In this document: positions 28,701 to 42,254 of the stretch, piece by piece
Numbering within the stretch: position 1 is the stretch's first letter
How the letters are laid out: every line of letters begins with the position of its first letter
Assembly: GCF_018350175.1 (NCBI RefSeq)
Contig: NC_058368.1
Span: 122,080,001 to 122,144,000, forward strand
Source: Felis catus
Taxonomy: Eukaryota
Direction: 5' to 3'
DNA length: 64,000 nucleotides
Notes under the pieces: generated by a model
Database searches by the model: none
What the model was told of the DNA's origin: nothing
The model's input: the letters and a program-made list of their open reading frames with translations, nothing else
Position numbers and translations under genes: made by a program

Positions 28701-31251
28701 TGCAGGCCCCCTTCTTTCTGGCGGGCTACCTGAACTTGGATTTTGGTGTCCACATTCATGAAATGGGGATAATACCTACATACCACAGAACTGTTGTTAT
28801 GATTAAAAAACTCAAGGAATTGAGAAAGAAATTCATAGGAAAATGAAGATTCAAAGGAGGCCATGTAGGTCCCAGTAAAAGGGAAATGGTGCATACAGAA
28901 GCAGGGAGCAGGGATGGCCTGGGGGCACTGAGGATGCAGCACAAGCCCGTATGGTTGGTTTGGACATCAGTTAGGAGGCAAGCTGGGAGATGAGGGGACA
29001 GGCAGGAAACAGTAAGGTTTACAGCACAGGAGAAAATGGTCAATGGCCCAATCTTCTTAAAGGGCCAAGCACAAGTAGGAAAATAGTGTTTTGCCTTTTC
29101 AGCACGTACCAATGTCTAGATCAAGGCCATCCAAATGAGTGATTCAAAAGCAACCTGCTTGTCAAATAACTGGAAAAAGAAAAAACCTAGCCCACATAAC
29201 GGGCTTAAATCCAAGTTTCTAAGACTTATAGGAAAAATTCTGATCAGAAAATTTCCATCTCAAATTGTGCTGAGGAAGCTTAGGGACTGAGTAAGCATGT
29301 TGGCAGCAGAAGCACAGTATGATAATCAGACTGCTTTTGGGTTTTTTTTCACCACAGTGCACAGAGTTCTTTAGGTCCTGGGGAGACCTCAGCAAGACTT
29401 TGATCTCTGACCCTGAAAGGGGTCACAGAACCTATAGGGAAATACACCTCATTCACACATGGCACTGCACCAAAAATCTTCCCCCTACATCCTATCAAGT
29501 GACCAGAGAGCTCTGATTTTCAAAGCATAGTATGTTAGTTTCATCCAGCTAATCCTACAGAACTGGGATGGGATTAGATATTGGTCTCTGTAAGAGATGT
29601 CAGCCGGAAGCACTGAACTGTCCCAGTCTTTTCTGTTGGCTCAGGGTTTCAGGGCAGCTCTTCTCCATTTCCCTCCCACCCCCATCCTATTTCTTTTTCT
29701 TTTTCTTTTTTTTTTTTAATTAGTGCCAGTGATGAATTCCTGGAAGCATCCTCACATGGATCTGTGTTGCCCTAATCAATACTCACTCTCTCACCCCATC
29801 CCACCTGCCCCAGCTTCCCAGGCAGAAGAGAAAGGAGAGGAGAGGTAGACTTTAATATTACAATCCCAAATTATTATTGAAACTTCATGTTTCTAGAAGA
29901 TGCTTGAATACTTAGTCCTCTGAGGAAGCAACTGGATACCCTATTGACTATCACAAATCTTTATCCATTTAACTGACCATCCATCCACCCACCCAGCCAT
30001 ATATCCTTTAAACTTTGTAAAAATTTTAAATAAAAAAAAAACGTTCCAAAGAACTTAATATTTCCAGTTCACTACCTCAAGATACTTCACAGGGAGAAAA
30101 ATGCCCAAATTCCAAACAAAATGGATTGAGACCTCAAATCAACTCCTACCTATAATCTCCAGTGACTGCTGAAATGCAGACAGCCCATATATTTTGACAA
30201 GGGACTAAAATCACTCACTAAAAATCAAATCCCACTGGTAGTTTCTAAGATTTATACTTTTCAATTCCATCAAATCATGCACCGAACTTTTGGAGGAAAA
30301 CTAGAGATGTCTGCAAGTCTTAAGCCAATGATAAAGTTTAGTTTCTTCATATTTATCTGAGTTCAAGTTGCACTCAACCACACACGGTGTTAACAGGGAA
30401 AAAAGGTAGCACAGCTTTCAGAAATGACAAATTTGAACCCCAGGAGAGGCCAGCTCATTAAACAACCATGCTAGTTGTCATAGTAGGTCACTCTTTCTTT
30501 GAAGTCACCTACTTATCAGTTTGAGGAAAATTAACATTTCTGGGTCACCAGGTTCCATATACTTATCTACAACTGATGCCCTGGAACCATGAATGTCATT
30601 TTAGTTAATATAGGTGGGCAACTAAATCCCAGGGAACGAGCTACTCACCCATGTATTTAATGGCAGTGGCTGAGAATTGAGATTGCCTCCCTTCTCAGAA
30701 TGGGTAAAAGTACTTGGGCTTTGGGGAAGGACAAGGGCAAAGGAGAAAATTAAAGTTCAATGGTTCTATCTTTATCAATTTTTTTCTAATCTTCACCTGC
30801 ACAAATTCCCTCTGGAAAACTGTGACAATGTGAGGCAAAGGCAAAATATAGACCAAAACATGGTGCGAGGGGCCACAGCAACTGCAAAGGTCTTCCTTGG
30901 TCAAGTTTTGTAGAAAGCATTTCATTAATACTATCTAGAAACCTAATTGCTCCTATCAAGAAACTTATTTATGTGTACCATTTAACCCAGCAATCTGGAC
31001 TCTAGAAACTTGTCCTAAGAAAATAACTAGGGATGATTTCGATTCATGCAATTATTTATCACACAATTATTACAGCAAAATATTGGAAATAATCTACACT
31101 TCAAGTATTAGGTGAATGGCAGAATTCTGTTTCAACTATACGATGTTATGGAAGAATGCTCACAGTATTATTTGGAACCAAAACAAAACAACAGATAGGA
31201 TACCATTTTACATATAATTCCAGTATTAATCCATCCCTTTCTCTTTTCTCT

Positions 31252-31252
<1 letters not shown>

Positions 31253-31298
<46 letters not shown>
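31253..31298. repeat. (AC)n microsatellite
   Basis: Seen directly. Confidence 0.95.
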
Positions 31299-31302
<4 letters not shown>

Positions 31303-31584
31303 AATACACTGAAAATATTTGTAATGATTATGTTTGGAGCTAGAGGTAAATTCGGTTTTCTTTATTACACTTTTCTTTATAGTTCATGTTTTCATCAGTG
31401 AGCATATATTTTGTTCCCACAGCCTTTTTACTTTTTCTACATAGTATTTAATAAGATTTATATTCATATTCTTATATTAGTGTTTATTTCATGGATATCT
31501 CCCCAACAGAATGTAAGTTCTATGAGGGTAGGGTCTTTGTTTTTTTATTGTTTTCCTATTTTTAGCATGGTACCTAGTATATAA

Positions 31585-31790
31585 TATTTTTATTTTTTAA
31601 TGTTTATTTTTGAAAGAGGGACAGAGAATGAGTGGGGGAAGGGCAGATAGAGGGAGACACAGAATCTGAAGCAGGCTCCAGGCTCTGAGCTGTCAGCACA
31701 GAGCCAGAAGTGGGGATTGAACTCAAGAACCATGAGGTCATGACCTGAGCTTAAGTCAGATGCTTAACTGACCAGCCACCCAGGTGCACC
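31585..31790 (-). mobile_element. Can-SINE (older copy of a tandem pair)
   Basis: Full body with CpG decay. Confidence 0.92.
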
Positions 31791-31801
31791 AATAATAAAT
31801 A

Positions 31802-32025
31802 TTTTTTTTTTAATTTTTTTTTCAACGTTTATTTATTTTTGGGACAGAGAGAGACAGAGCATGAACGGGGGAGGGGCAGAGAGAGAGGGAGACACAGAAT
31901 CGGAACCAGGCTCCAGGCTCTGAGCCATCAGCCCAGAGCCTGACGCGGGGCTCGAACTCACGGACCGCGAGATCGTGACCTGGCTGAAGTCGGACGCTTA
32001 ACCGACTGCGCCACCCAGGCGCCCC
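31802..32025 (-). mobile_element. Young SINEC_Fc SINE
   Basis: CpGs intact (CCTGACGCGGGGCTCGAACTCACGGACCGCGAGATCGTG); AATAAATA on both flanks. Confidence 0.96.
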
Positions 32026-32389
32026 AATAAATATATTTTTTAAATGACTACGGCATGAACTCTGTGGGACACCACTAAAAGAGGTGTGGTTATGTGCAGG
32101 GATCCTAATGGGCTATTAAACAGTCTGTTATGTGTCTAGCCTCTAGCTCATGTCCTCAAACAACATGCCATTTTCCTCACGTACTTTTGCCTAATGTCAT
32201 GCAAGACCTCCTTCTCCATGAGGACAGCCTTTGCCATTCCTCATCACCTGTCAGAATCCCACCAAGTCCCCGCTTTGACAATAAGCCATTCCTATTCAGG
32301 AAAGCTTCTGTCTAGCACTTACTGCCACCAATGACTTGGAAGACCAACGTTTTTTTAATTTCTCATGGGTTCCAAATTTTGTCTTTAGA

Positions 32390-32577
32390 ATGGGCGGTCA
32401 GCAAACTACCAGGCATGGGCTACCACCTGAATTTGTAAATCAAGTTTTGCTACAATAAAGCCATGTCCATGAGCAGCAATGGCAGAGGTGAGTAGCTGGG
32501 ACATAGACTGTATGGTTGGCAAAACCTAAAATGTTTATTAACTGGCTCTTTATAGGAAAATTTATCAACTCCTGTTC
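32390..32577 (+). mobile_element. MER58A-like DNA transposon
   Basis: GTCAGCAAACTAC ... TTGTAAATCAAGTTTT ... AAAACCTAAAATGTTTATT ... CAACTCCTG. Confidence 0.7.
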
Positions 32578-33309
32578 TAGAATATATATATACTTGTGCA
32601 AAGTGGAGATGATACCAAATTACTATTCTATTAGATGTTTATTCTAACCTAAAGCATATGTCTGAGAGTTTTATAAAAAAAGGTTATTGTAATATCTCTA
32701 TATTTGTTCTTAAGAACGTACATTTTTGTGTCAGACACACCATCATTTTAAATCCTGAGTTTGCCGACTGACCCTGGGGAGATCACACAAATATTCTAAG
32801 CCCCAGTTTCACTGTCAGTGGAATAGGAGCCTATCCCTGTATTTCCTTAGTAATCATCTAAGGAGTGATATTTGCCAGGCTCTGCACTGGGAAATGGGGA
32901 TTGGGAAATGGTGAAAAGGACCTAAAGTCTCACTCAATTAAGCTTTAATTGTACATACTTCTGAGGTTTTCTCTGAGGATTAAATGATCCAGACACACAC
33001 ACATATGCACATATCTGTATCATATATATACACATCAATATAGTGCACAATATATACATAGATGCATAATATGTAGTACATCATGTAGAACATACATAGC
33101 ATACTTAACTCAACTCTTGGTATACCGGAAGCACTCAGTCCATGGTGGTTCTTCCTCCTCACCATAATAAAACAGAGGCCCTTTTAACAGACTGGATGAA
33201 AAAGGCCTTCAGCTGACTCTGTAAAACGGGCCTCTATACTCTATACTCACATGCACTACACACACAGCTAACTTAGCAGGCTAATCTCTGGGACACAGGC
33301 ACACTCCTG

Positions 33310-33790
33310 CTTCCTCTGGCTGAGATACATGTTTACTCCAAGTCAGTTCTGTTTGTTCCCATATCTCTTGATGTCAGTTACAGTTGTTATTTAATCAAAT
33401 ATCATGGAAGGTGATGGAAGGAACGGTGTGGAAAGGAAGAAAAGGATTATTTCGTATGAAAACTAAGATGCTTTCAAAAAGTGACAGAATTGTCAAATTA
33501 AATATGGTAGAGAGAAGAGATGGGGGACAATCATAAAAATCTAGAAGGATCTGTGCTAAGATTGCTTCTCAGGTGTATACCGTCATTCAGCCTCAAGGAA
33601 ACCAAACTCAGACAGGGTCTTTGCAATTTTGGGTGTGGTTTAAGAAAAATATAAGCCCCAGTCAGCAGACTCATATTCAAAGATGAAGTCTTGATTCTTC
33701 AATAGACTCTTTATCAAAATTAGGCAATGCAATTTAAAATAGCATTAAAATTTTTTTTTTCTGCCTTAGTTCTTCCAATTGATCATCAAC
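33310..33790 (+). mobile_element. Degenerate Tigger/pogo-type transposase remnant
   Basis: Degraded motifs resembling ancient Tigger elements (CATAAAAATCTAGAAGGA...ATTGCTTC, GGGTGTGGTTT, CCAGTCAGCAGACTCATATTCAAAGA). Confidence 0.4.
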
Positions 33791-35118
33791 CATTGGTCCC
33801 AAGTACATGGAGTAAGAGAGGGATTCTTTTGTATTTAATTCTCGCATATAAATAATAGCATGCTAGCAAGGGGAATGTTGCTTCAACCACTGCCATATTT
33901 TGTAAGTAAAAGAAATAATCAGAGACAGAGTGACCCGTCCAAGGCCACAGAATCAGTACTGCTGGAGGTGATTCCAGAGCCACGTGGGGTCTGATTCTAC
34001 CCCCTCAGCCACCTGGTGTAACTGAGAGGCAAACGCAGCACAGACGCCGAAGCTTTGAGAAGGACAGAGTATCCGCTGCCAAATAGATGGAACGAAGCTT
34101 GACAACAAGAACTTTTATTTCACCATATTCACCAGCACAACCAGCCATAGCAGCTGGTGATAAATGCAGAAAGTCAACTTTGTTTGACATGATGACTTTC
34201 CTTTCCTATGACAGTCAAAGAGATTGGAGCCTTCCTGATTTCTGAAAGAGCAGGTTCACATGGGATTCCTAACCCCCTCCGTGGGGTGTACAACAGCAGG
34301 GGAGCCATTTTATTGTGCCTGTCAGATCACGTCACCGAGAGCCCAGCCTCACCAATTGGCACTCGCTCTTCTCTGTCAGTGCAGCAAGATGAGCAGTGCC
34401 CTGCTCACCAGATGGTTATTTGTTCCACCAGCCACCTTTGCTGCATCCCTGATTCACTCCAGCCCAGGACAGTCTCCAGCATTCACGCTGCAAGGCAGCT
34501 CCTGCCAACAACGTTGCCAAATGGCTCCTCTCAAAGTCATGGGCTGCCCAGACAGACTGGCTCTTCCATCTGCAGCAGCTTTTGGCAAAGACATGCTTCC
34601 CTTTCTGGCTCCACCTCTTGGCTGCACCAGAGACTTCTTGCCAGAAGGATGATCTGACCCATCAGTTCCTACAGCTAAGCCTGGAGTTCCGAGGCCATTT
34701 AAAGCCTAAGCCTGTGTCCCCCACACTGTTGAGCACAATGTCTCAACAGACTCAAGAGATCTAAATGACACCGTGGGTCAATACAAAGTGCATCACAGAA
34801 ACTTAGAGCCACAAAAATCTATGGGGAGCATGCCACCCCTCCCCCATTTTCAGCCTCACTTCAGGAGATTAGGAAACGGAAGCCCACAGAGTATAAGTAA
34901 CTAATTATGACAGCAGGACTGGGAATAACACCCAGGTCTTCTGATGTGCATTCTACATCACTGCATACGATGCCTCTAATGTTCCCTCTGTTTATTTTCA
35001 AAATCTTGATAATTGGACCCTGTGTATTGGTATTGATTCAAAATAGTATTTCTTTAGAAGAATGAATGATCTTTTCCCTGTGTCAACATCATGACTTCTG
35101 TTTTAAACAGGTGTGTCC

Positions 35119-35309
35119 AGGGGTGCCTGGGTGGCTCAATTGGTTGAGTGTCTGACTCTTGATTTTGGCTCAGGTCAAGATCTCGTAGTCGTGATATCAA
35201 GCCCTGCCTTGGGCTCCACACTGAGCATGGAGCTGCGTGGGATTCTCTCTCTCCCTCTCTCTCCTTGGCTCACACTCTCTCAAAAGAAATCAATAACCAT
35301 TAAAAAAAT
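35119..35309 (+). mobile_element. Can-SINE
   Basis: GGGGTGCCTGGGTGGCTCA head; TSD TAAACAGGTGT. Confidence 0.9.
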
Positions 35310-35781
35310 ATAAACAGGTGTATCCATACACCACAATGATGGACCCAGAAGTGACTTCTGTTCTGCCACTTACTAGAGGGTGACCTTGGACAAGCAATAA
35401 TCTCATTCTGCTTCAACTTTTTACTTAAAGGGGTCTAAGGACAGTACCAACCTATAGACTTCTGAGTACTAAACAAGAAAAATACTGTAAAACTTCAAGT
35501 TTGTTCCTGGCACATAGCAAGCCATCCACAACTGCCACCAATCAACCTTATTCTTTATTAACACTCAAATTCAAAATCGTTATAGAATATACAGTGCTGT
35601 GCACATGTTAGTAGATAGGACAGCTATTCCCATTTTCTACATTAGGAAATTCAAGCTCACAAGGTTACATGGCTTATCCAAGGTTTACTAGAGAAGAAGT
35701 GAAGGGCCAGAGATTCCTTCTTTGCTTATTCTTTGCTGAGGAATAGGAACCAACATTTTGGCTTTCAAGATGGTAAAGTCA

Positions 35782-35832
35782 TTATATGCTAACTAATTTG
35801 GATGTAAATTTAAAAAAATAAAATTTTAAAAA
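35782..35832 (+). mobile_element. 51-nt extremely 5-prime-truncated L1 3-prime end
   Basis: TTATATGCTAACTAATTTGGATGTAAATTT plus A-rich tail, between perfect 15-bp TSDs AAGATGGTAAAGTCA (35767-35781 and 35833-35847). Confidence 0.85.
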
Positions 35833-36294
35833 AAGATGGTAAAGTCAGGAAGATTCAAAGAGAACCTTTGAACACAAACAGTATATAGACAGATCGAGAG
35901 TCACCACAGCATAGTATGTAATATAAAGAGTAAAAATAACTTTCCATCCTTCCACAAGGGAACTACTAAATCAACTATGATACAGTCATACCACAGGGCA
36001 CTATGTAGCCATTAAAAAGAACAAGGCCAGTGTAGCTGTCCTGACATGGAAAGATCTTTCAGATAGATCTCTGAGTGGGAGAATAAACAAAGTGTAAACA
36101 GAACAAGCAGTATGCATTCAGTTATGCAAACAAACAACCCCTCTCCCGGTGTACATGTGCATATGTATATTTAAATATATGAAAATACATACAAAGGGGG
36201 CCATTCTTGACTATTCACAGTGCTAACTCTGGGCAGGGAAGTGGAATGAGTGTGGGGATAGAGGGTGATTCATGCTGTGCTTTGTCTACTGCCT

Positions 36295-36672
36295 TTTTAA
36301 AAAAATATATTTGTTTTAAGTTTAAACTTTTTTAATGTTTATTTATTTTTGAGAGTGAGAGCGAGAGCAAGAGAGAGAGCACATGAGCAGGGGAGGGGTG
36401 GAGAGAGAGAGGGAGACACAGAATCCGAAGCAGGCTCCAGGCTCTGAGCTGTCGGCACAGAGCCTGACACTGGGCTTGAACTCACAGACCGCCAGATTGT
36501 GACCTGAGCCGAAACCAAGAGTCAGACACTTAACCAACTGAGACACCCCGGCACCCCTTAAAGATTTAAAAAAAAATTTTAGGTAATCTCTACACTCAAC
36601 ATGGGGCTCAAACCTACAGCTCCCCAAGATCAAGAGTCACATGTTCTACTCACTAAGCCAGCCAGGTGCCCC
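36295..36672 (-). mobile_element. Composite SINE: short tRNA-derived monomer (36558-36672) followed by a full Can-SINE (about 36323-36557)
   Basis: Two SINE heads in the same orientation; outer near-TSD TGCTTTGTCTACT / TGCTTTGTTTACT. Confidence 0.85.
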
Positions 36673-37639
36673 TGCTTTGTTTACTTCTGTAATGCTGGAA
36701 TCCTTTCAAACAAGAAGGCACGTATGTATTATTTGCCTGATTAATATAAAGACACAGAAAAGAATGTCAATGACAAGAACACCAGTGTTGTGAACCAACC
36801 GACCTCCTAACGTGGGTGTCTCTGGCCCCAGCTTGACTTCCACAAACTTAAAGGAGCAATGTTACTCTCCTCAAATTTCTTATATAGCTCTCCTCTTCGG
36901 TACAACACCTCCTGTTAATATTTTGTACTTAAGGATACAAGTTTTGTCTTTCAGACCACCTACGAGTGCTCAGCATCTTGCTGCCGATATAGTCTCCACG
37001 AGAACTGTTTAGAGCTTGTCCACCCTCCACATCTTTATGTGTCTGCTGAGGGTCCCAGAGATGAGCCCCTGCATTAAGTGGAGGAGGTGGCCTGCCATTC
37101 TGTGATGACTTCAGGCCCATTACTGAATGGATTCACAGCAGTGCAATCAGAAATGCATATGCAGGAGGCGGTTGCCAGTCCCCCGGCATCAAGCTTAGCA
37201 CAGGTAAGGTATTCTTTGGCACGTGCCTTCTAGAAGACTCTCCTTTCTGGGCTTAAAATCCTGCCCTGTGAGGTTCCTCCGGACCCTTAGATACCATGCA
37301 TTGTTCTGCCCCTTGCCCACAGAGGCCCCTTCATTTCTCTACATTTGCTGTAAGCAATCAGGTCTCTTTCTTCTGAAGCAAAGAACTGACAGTCTGACTC
37401 CCCCTCTGCACACCTATCTCTTTCTGTTACCATGACCCCTTGTCCAACATGAATACGGATTAGTTTTCTGTGGATTTCACACATGGAGATCCTACCATCA
37501 TCATTCCTCACTCTTTCCACAGTGAACTTGCAACAGAAGAATTCAAGGGCTCCTGGATTATTCCAGACAAAATTCCTAGAGGCCTCGTAAAAACAATTTG
37601 CTTCCGATACAATAGTTATGTCAGGTTTGGTCTTTTCTA

Positions 37640-37867
37640 TTTTTTTTAAAAATTTTTTGAATGTTTTACTTTTATTTTTGAGAGAGAAAGAGAAAGAGAC
37701 AGAGAGAAACAAAGTGCAAGTGGGAGAAGGAGACATAGAATCCAAAGCAAGCTCCAGGCTCTGAGCTGTCAGTACAGAGTCTGATGCAGGGCTTGAACCC
37801 ATGAACCACGAGATCATGACCTGAGCTGAGTAGGATGCTCAACCAACTGAGCCATCCAAGCACTCCA
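37640..37867 (-). mobile_element. Can-SINE
   Basis: GCTCCAGGCTCTGAGCTGTCAG body and T-rich tail. Confidence 0.9.
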
Positions 37868-38544
37868 GATCTGGTCTGTTCTGATTTCCAGCCCAATTCT
37901 AGAGTTCTACTGGAAAGGCAAAAGAAGGCAAATTGGTGGTAAAGATAACAAGTTTGGTGAAAGCAATCTGACTAAAGGAGGATGAGGCAAATAGCATAGG
38001 TGAGCCTCTCTGGCCAAAAACAAGGCCTCAGACACCTCCACATTTATACGCAAAGGACAACTGCCATCAACAGCTGCCTCTATCCATTCCTTTTGCTGCC
38101 TTAGTCAACTATAGGAATTGCCACCAGTTCTGGAGAATGGGTGTCCAGAAGGCCCAGTGGAGCTATCCCAGCACAACCTGGGAACTGCATTATTAACATC
38201 CTACACTAGGGGTGAGGGACATGGAGAAGGGTATTAAAACCCAGCTAATTCTCACAATTTGCGCAGTTACATAAATATTTTCCTTCTTTCCTTACAGAGT
38301 AGAATACAACTAGAAGAGATGATCAGCTAAGGACTCTGACACAAGGTAGAGGAGTTCAACTTCCTCCCTGTGGGATAATGAAGAAGACCCAGGCATGTGC
38401 ACTGCCCTCCTAGAAAAAGATGAGACAAGTCAATCTAGCGGCACTGAACATGTACCATGGGGATATATGTCAAAGAGAGAGTATAACCTTCATTTCCCTT
38501 CCTAAAATCCTGACCACAGGCAGCAGGAGTGGGCCAAGAGTACA

Positions 38545-38750
38545 TGCCTCAAGTCCAGGAAATCATGGTGGCCAATCTGGTTCTACCACTTACAAGTATG
38601 TGACCTTACACAAGTTTCTGGGGTTCTCCAAAGCTCAAAATCCCTTATTCTGAAAAATGAGGCTAATGCAACCCTTCTCTTATGGCTGTTCAAAGAGATT
38701 AAATGAGTTAACACATGAGAAAACACCTAGGAAAATGCTTGGAATGGACA
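38545..38750 (+). mobile_element. MIR
   Basis: GTGACCTTACACAAGT ... TCTGAAAAATGAGGCTAAT ... GATTAAATGAGTTAA. Confidence 0.7.
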
Positions 38751-39649
38751 GCACGTGAGAAACCTCAGTTCTCTCCCCTCAGCTAAGTGCTGAAATTAGA
38801 CTCTGAGTTTCTTCGTAAATGCAAATGCCAGAGTCTAGGAATGTCAGTCTACAGCTGTGCTCTTTTCATTGAGCCTTACCAATATTTTGACAGGACTGGC
38901 CTAATATTATTCACCCCAGGTTCATTGGCATGTTTCTGACCAGCCCTCACAAAGGGCTTGAGATTGCCCCTGGGGACCTGGATGCTAATAATGAATACTT
39001 GCTAGTGATTTTCAATGCACTCTGGTTATTATATTTGGTAGCAGAACATTTCCCATCCCCAGAAAGGTCATTTACAATAGTATAAGGCAGCTTCTTTCCA
39101 CGTTCCATTTCAGATTTTTCCGAGAATGGCAGAGAACTCAAACATTCATCCATATGCATTGGAAATACTGTTCTGATGTGGCATTTGCATACAAATATCA
39201 AAGCAACTTAAGGAACTACAAGGCAGCTTTCCATCATGGGACACCACCTCCTTTTAATTTTTAGTGCCTTCATATCAAAAGCCATTTTCATGTACCTTCC
39301 TCGTTTTATTCACCTTCGCTTCCCTCTTGATCATGTGTGGAATGGCGGTGGGGTGGAAGAAGCAGGGACTATTAGTTTCTCACTTTTAGCCTGAGGTTCC
39401 TCCAAAGCTATGACATACCAGAGATCACAAAGATCTCATTCAAGTTTGGAGACCCTCTAAACTCAACTCACCCTAGACTGGACTCTTATCATGCCACCAC
39501 ATTGTTGAGAAATGACCATAGAGTGTTATTTGAATAATTTCAGTGTGCGGTTAATGGTGTTTACACCAAGGCATTCCTTTGTGAGGCCCTTTTTGTTACA
39601 ATTTATACCAAGACAAGATAATCATCCTTGTTGGCTCAAATTCTGCCCT

Positions 39650-40870
39650 GGTGTGCTCTTCTCCTAGGCATCACATCTATTCACATGGTTTTAAATACTT
39701 TCAATATGCTGTAGACATCCCAATTATACATCGTCCCCATCTTTCTTCTGAGCTTTAGACCCAGATATCCAATGGCTTGAGAGTATCACTCTGAGGCTAA
39801 ATGTCTCACACCAATTACCAAAGTCTTTTTTCCAGTGTCAGTAAAAAGGCCCATTATGCGTTCATTGTCATGGCAAAGTCCTAAAGTTGTCCTTGACACT
39901 CATCCCCATTTACTTCTCTATCTCCACCGAATCACACCAAGTAAGTCCTATCCATTCTTCTTCTACAGTGTATCAAAGTCATCTAATTCTCTCCATCTCT
40001 ACTGCTGCCACTATCCTAGAGTACAGCTGTGGCGTCCCAATTATTTCTTTCACTCCTATTCATTTCCTACCCAGCCCTCTGACCCCACCCTGCATAGCAG
40101 CTAGAGGGAGCTTTGAAAAAAACAAACCTGATCATATTTCCCCCTTGATCAAAATCCTTTAATGGCTTTCGATCCATCTTTGGATAAAGTCCAAACTCCT
40201 TATGGTCAAGGCTCAATGTGATCTGGTCTCTGAATACCTCTCCAGTCTCTCTTTTGTAACATTTTATTATGAAAATTTTCAAACCGACATCAAACTTGGA
40301 AAAAAAATTTACAGTGGCTATCCATTGACAGACCACCTCAATTTTACCATTAACATTTCATACTTGCTATATCATATATCTATCCATTCATCCATCCCTC
40401 TATCCTAGCATGGATCTTTCCTGGTTTTGGTGCATTCACAGTAAACTGCAGGCTTTGGTCTCGTTTTCATTGCTGCTTCCTCTTGTTCCCTATATTCTAG
40501 CCACAGGCAGCCTTCTAGTCTTTCAATCCGTCAGACTATTTCATATCTCTGGGCCTGGTACCTATTATCTCTTCTTACTCCAGTCTTTAGCTCTTGTTAA
40601 TGCCTGACTTATTCTTTAGTTCTCAACTTAAAAATTCCTCTGAGGAGCCTCCCCTAGTCCCCCAAACTAAATTAGATCCACCTTCCTGCGTTATATATGC
40701 TCTCAAAGCAGGTTATGCTTTTTCTATCACTTATCACAATTGGTAACTATGTATTTATTTGCAAAAATATTTAATGTCTGCCTCCTGCACCAGACTAATA
40801 TCATGTCTGTATTGGACCATGCTGGATCACCTGTGCAGACAGTCAACTATGTTTGTGGAAGAAATTACAG
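39650..40870 (+). mobile_element. L2 fragments (with a nested old L1 piece near 40260-40450)
   Basis: L2-type motifs CTGAGCTTTAGACCC, CCTGATCATATTTCCCCC, GGATAAAGTCCAAACTCCTTA. Confidence 0.55.
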
Positions 40871-42170
40871 GCAGAATTAATGAATAATTATATAATAATA
40901 CATAATAATAATAAATACATGAAATAAGTAAATTTGTTCTTCTTTTACAATGTGTCAACAATATAGGTTTTGAAAGACCGCTTAGAGAAGATGGAACTTA
41001 CTAGCTGCCAGAATACAACCAGCAAGTACATTAAAACAAATTACTCAACGGCAAGATCCATGGGGGGCACTTGAATTGAGAAGAGACTGGTGGGTTTTAG
41101 TGATTTCTCTGCCATTTCCACTAGCCATTACCCTCAGGATCATCCCAAATCAACACGCAATCCAAGGAAAAAGTGTGTTTGCTATGCAAATATAGCTATA
41201 ATGTATTGAGAACATTTACGGACGTCTAGCTTTGCTTGAGGTAATGGTATTTAGTGCTTTCCCTGTATTAAATTTTTTTCCTATGGCATAGGTTCTATTG
41301 TTATTCCCGTTTTACAGCTAAGGAAACTGAGAACAGACTAATTTTAAAACGTGTTCTCTGACTTCCTCTTCTAACCAGATTGCCATTTCTGTAAACTCAC
41401 CTATAAAAAAATATTTATTCTATCTGTGGCCCCGTGTCAGAGTACGAAAATTAATGTAGATAACTCTCAAAATGCCCTAATGAAGAAAGGGTTTTAGTCA
41501 GTTCTAACAAGTCTGAAAAGAAAGAAAGAAATCCACATATAGATCAGAGAGATTTGAGAGATGAAGCCTTGGTTAGGAAACCCAGAGTTCCATATCTGAA
41601 AAAAACCAAAACAGTAAAAACACTGTGTTGACTTTATTTTTGTAGTCATTCCAACCCCACTTTTCCTCACATATAATCCCATATACACACATTCAAATGA
41701 TCCTTGCCAAGAATTTTACACCAGATGGGAACACAATTTACATACAACGATAAAACCATTGTGGTCTTCTCATAACAGGAGCTAATGGGTGAAGGAAAGA
41801 AAATGAGGCAGTGCAGAATTTCCTCATGGAGGCGCATATGCCTAAAAAGGGTCTTGAGTTTGAAGACAAGCTTTCTGCTCATCTGTGTGACCCTCAGAAA
41901 TGAGTACCATCTGTGGGCCTCAGTTGCCCAGTTTCCTTATTTGAAAATGTTAATAGCATCTACTTAGCAGGACTTGGAGATATTGAAATGCTCTATTTAA
42001 AAAGCTCAGCAAGTGCACTGAAAATAGAAGATGCTCAAAGATGTTAACTTTAAAAAGGGAAAAAAGACAGAGGAAGATTGGTGAGGGTGGTAACTTTGAT
42101 GCCCAGAATAAAAGAGTCATAGGAAATATCTTTAATAAATACACATCATGCAACCTTTTTTCTTCCCCAT

Positions 42171-42254
42171 AGGAGGGAGGGGAGGGAGGGGAGAGAGGGG
42201 AGGGAGGGAGAGAGACAGAGAGGGAGGAGGGAGAGAGAAAATAAGAGGGGAGAG
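42171..42254. repeat. Polypurine (GGGA/GA) tract
   Basis: Seen directly. Confidence 0.9.
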
